In this document: in pieces, positions 63,113 to 64,000 of the stretch
Layout of the letters: each line of letters begins with the position of its first letter
Position numbering within the stretch: position 1 is the first letter of the stretch
Source of the DNA: Lingula anatina
Lineage: Eukaryota; Animalia; Brachiopoda
Length of the DNA stretch: 64,000 nt
NCBI GenBank assembly: GCA_051362555.1
Contig: CM120646.1
Coordinates: 5,270,001-5,334,000, forward strand
Direction: 5' to 3'
Made by a program: the position numbers and the translations under genes
The notes under the pieces: model-generated
The model's input: only the letters and a program-made list of their open reading frames with translations
The model's database searches: none
What the model was told of the DNA's origin: nothing

Positions 63113-64000
63113 ACAACCAGCCATCCCCTGTGACTCTCCTCCTTAAACATAAGCACACTCTGCTTCCATACATTAACACCCTGGAAATGCGGTTATGTAA
63201 TGTGTGTTTTCTTTCTGTCTCGGTCCATTCTACCACCTATTAACATACCTGTCTGCCTTGTGCTGCTGTACAATCATCATGTTAGGTGCAGAAAGATTCA
63301 TTAGCAACTTAATTGTCAGTTCACACCTAGAATATACCAAATTAGTAGCCGTCTTGTAAGGGGTATTGTAATGGCTGATTTTATCCAGCTTATTTATTGG
63401 TAATAACATAAGAACTTGGATTGTAGTGCATGTAGACACCGACAGCAGCTTTTAGTATTTATGGAAAGGAATACACCACAACTGGCATTATTTTAAATGA
63501 CAAAGGTGATTATGATGTATGGATAATTGGTGTTGCTGTTTTCTTCTCATACTGAATGGCCCTGAAGGCTCATTATTACATTATTTTAGGCTTGTAAGGG
63601 CCATCCTTTTTGTGTCCTCTGTATATGTAAATGATTGATATAAATATCCATATGTCTGCTGAATGTATGTATGTATATGATTGTTGTTCTTGAGGTTCAA
63701 TGTCATTAGAGGTTGTTGAACTTTCTCTTGAACCAGTATTACTTATTTATTTAGAGACGAGGCTGTTCAAGGTTTCTCTTTCTTTCTTTTCAGTCATCAC
63801 TTCCCTCTCTCCCTCTCTTTCTTTCCCAGGTTTTAATGTCAAAACAGAGGCGAAGTGTAAGGCATATTTAAAGAAAGACCTTTCAGCCATTTGCAGGCAG
63901 TCGACTACCCATTCTCCCTCTGAGTGGACTGCACCAATTCCCCATAAATCACATGAAAGCCCTTCATTGCTTGGCTAGGTGGATTATGCAACTTTTCAAT

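Overview
Eukaryotic (animal, most likely lophotrochozoan/mollusc-like) genomic window, AT-rich and intron-dense. Almost all of it is one + strand gene encoding a full-length, unsplit KMT2C/MLL3-type (Trr/COMPASS-like) histone H3K4 methyltransferase. By hand I reconstructed 69 phase-consistent coding exons from ATG 6061 to TGA 57355-57357 (16,845 nt, about 5,614 aa). Domain order: ePHD/PHD clusters, HMG box, long Pro/Gln/Met-rich disordered region, ePHD, FYRN, FYRC, Win motif, SET, post-SET. The most unusual element is an in-frame array of 23 x 66-bp units encoding a 22-aa Cys/His/acidic repeat ([22 protein letters not shown]) inside a 3.4-kb exon. The gene also has two GC-AG introns, a duplicated exon pair, two candidate 108-nt cassette exons with a fold-back hairpin between them, and duplicated splice junctions around the pre-SET exon. 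A DR4/RORE element lies upstream of the putative TSS. Introns and flanks carry MITEs and a Helentron/HINE-like element. A signal-peptide first exon of a downstream gene and a weak divergent-gene candidate are also visible. All calls are manual, without alignments or RNA data.
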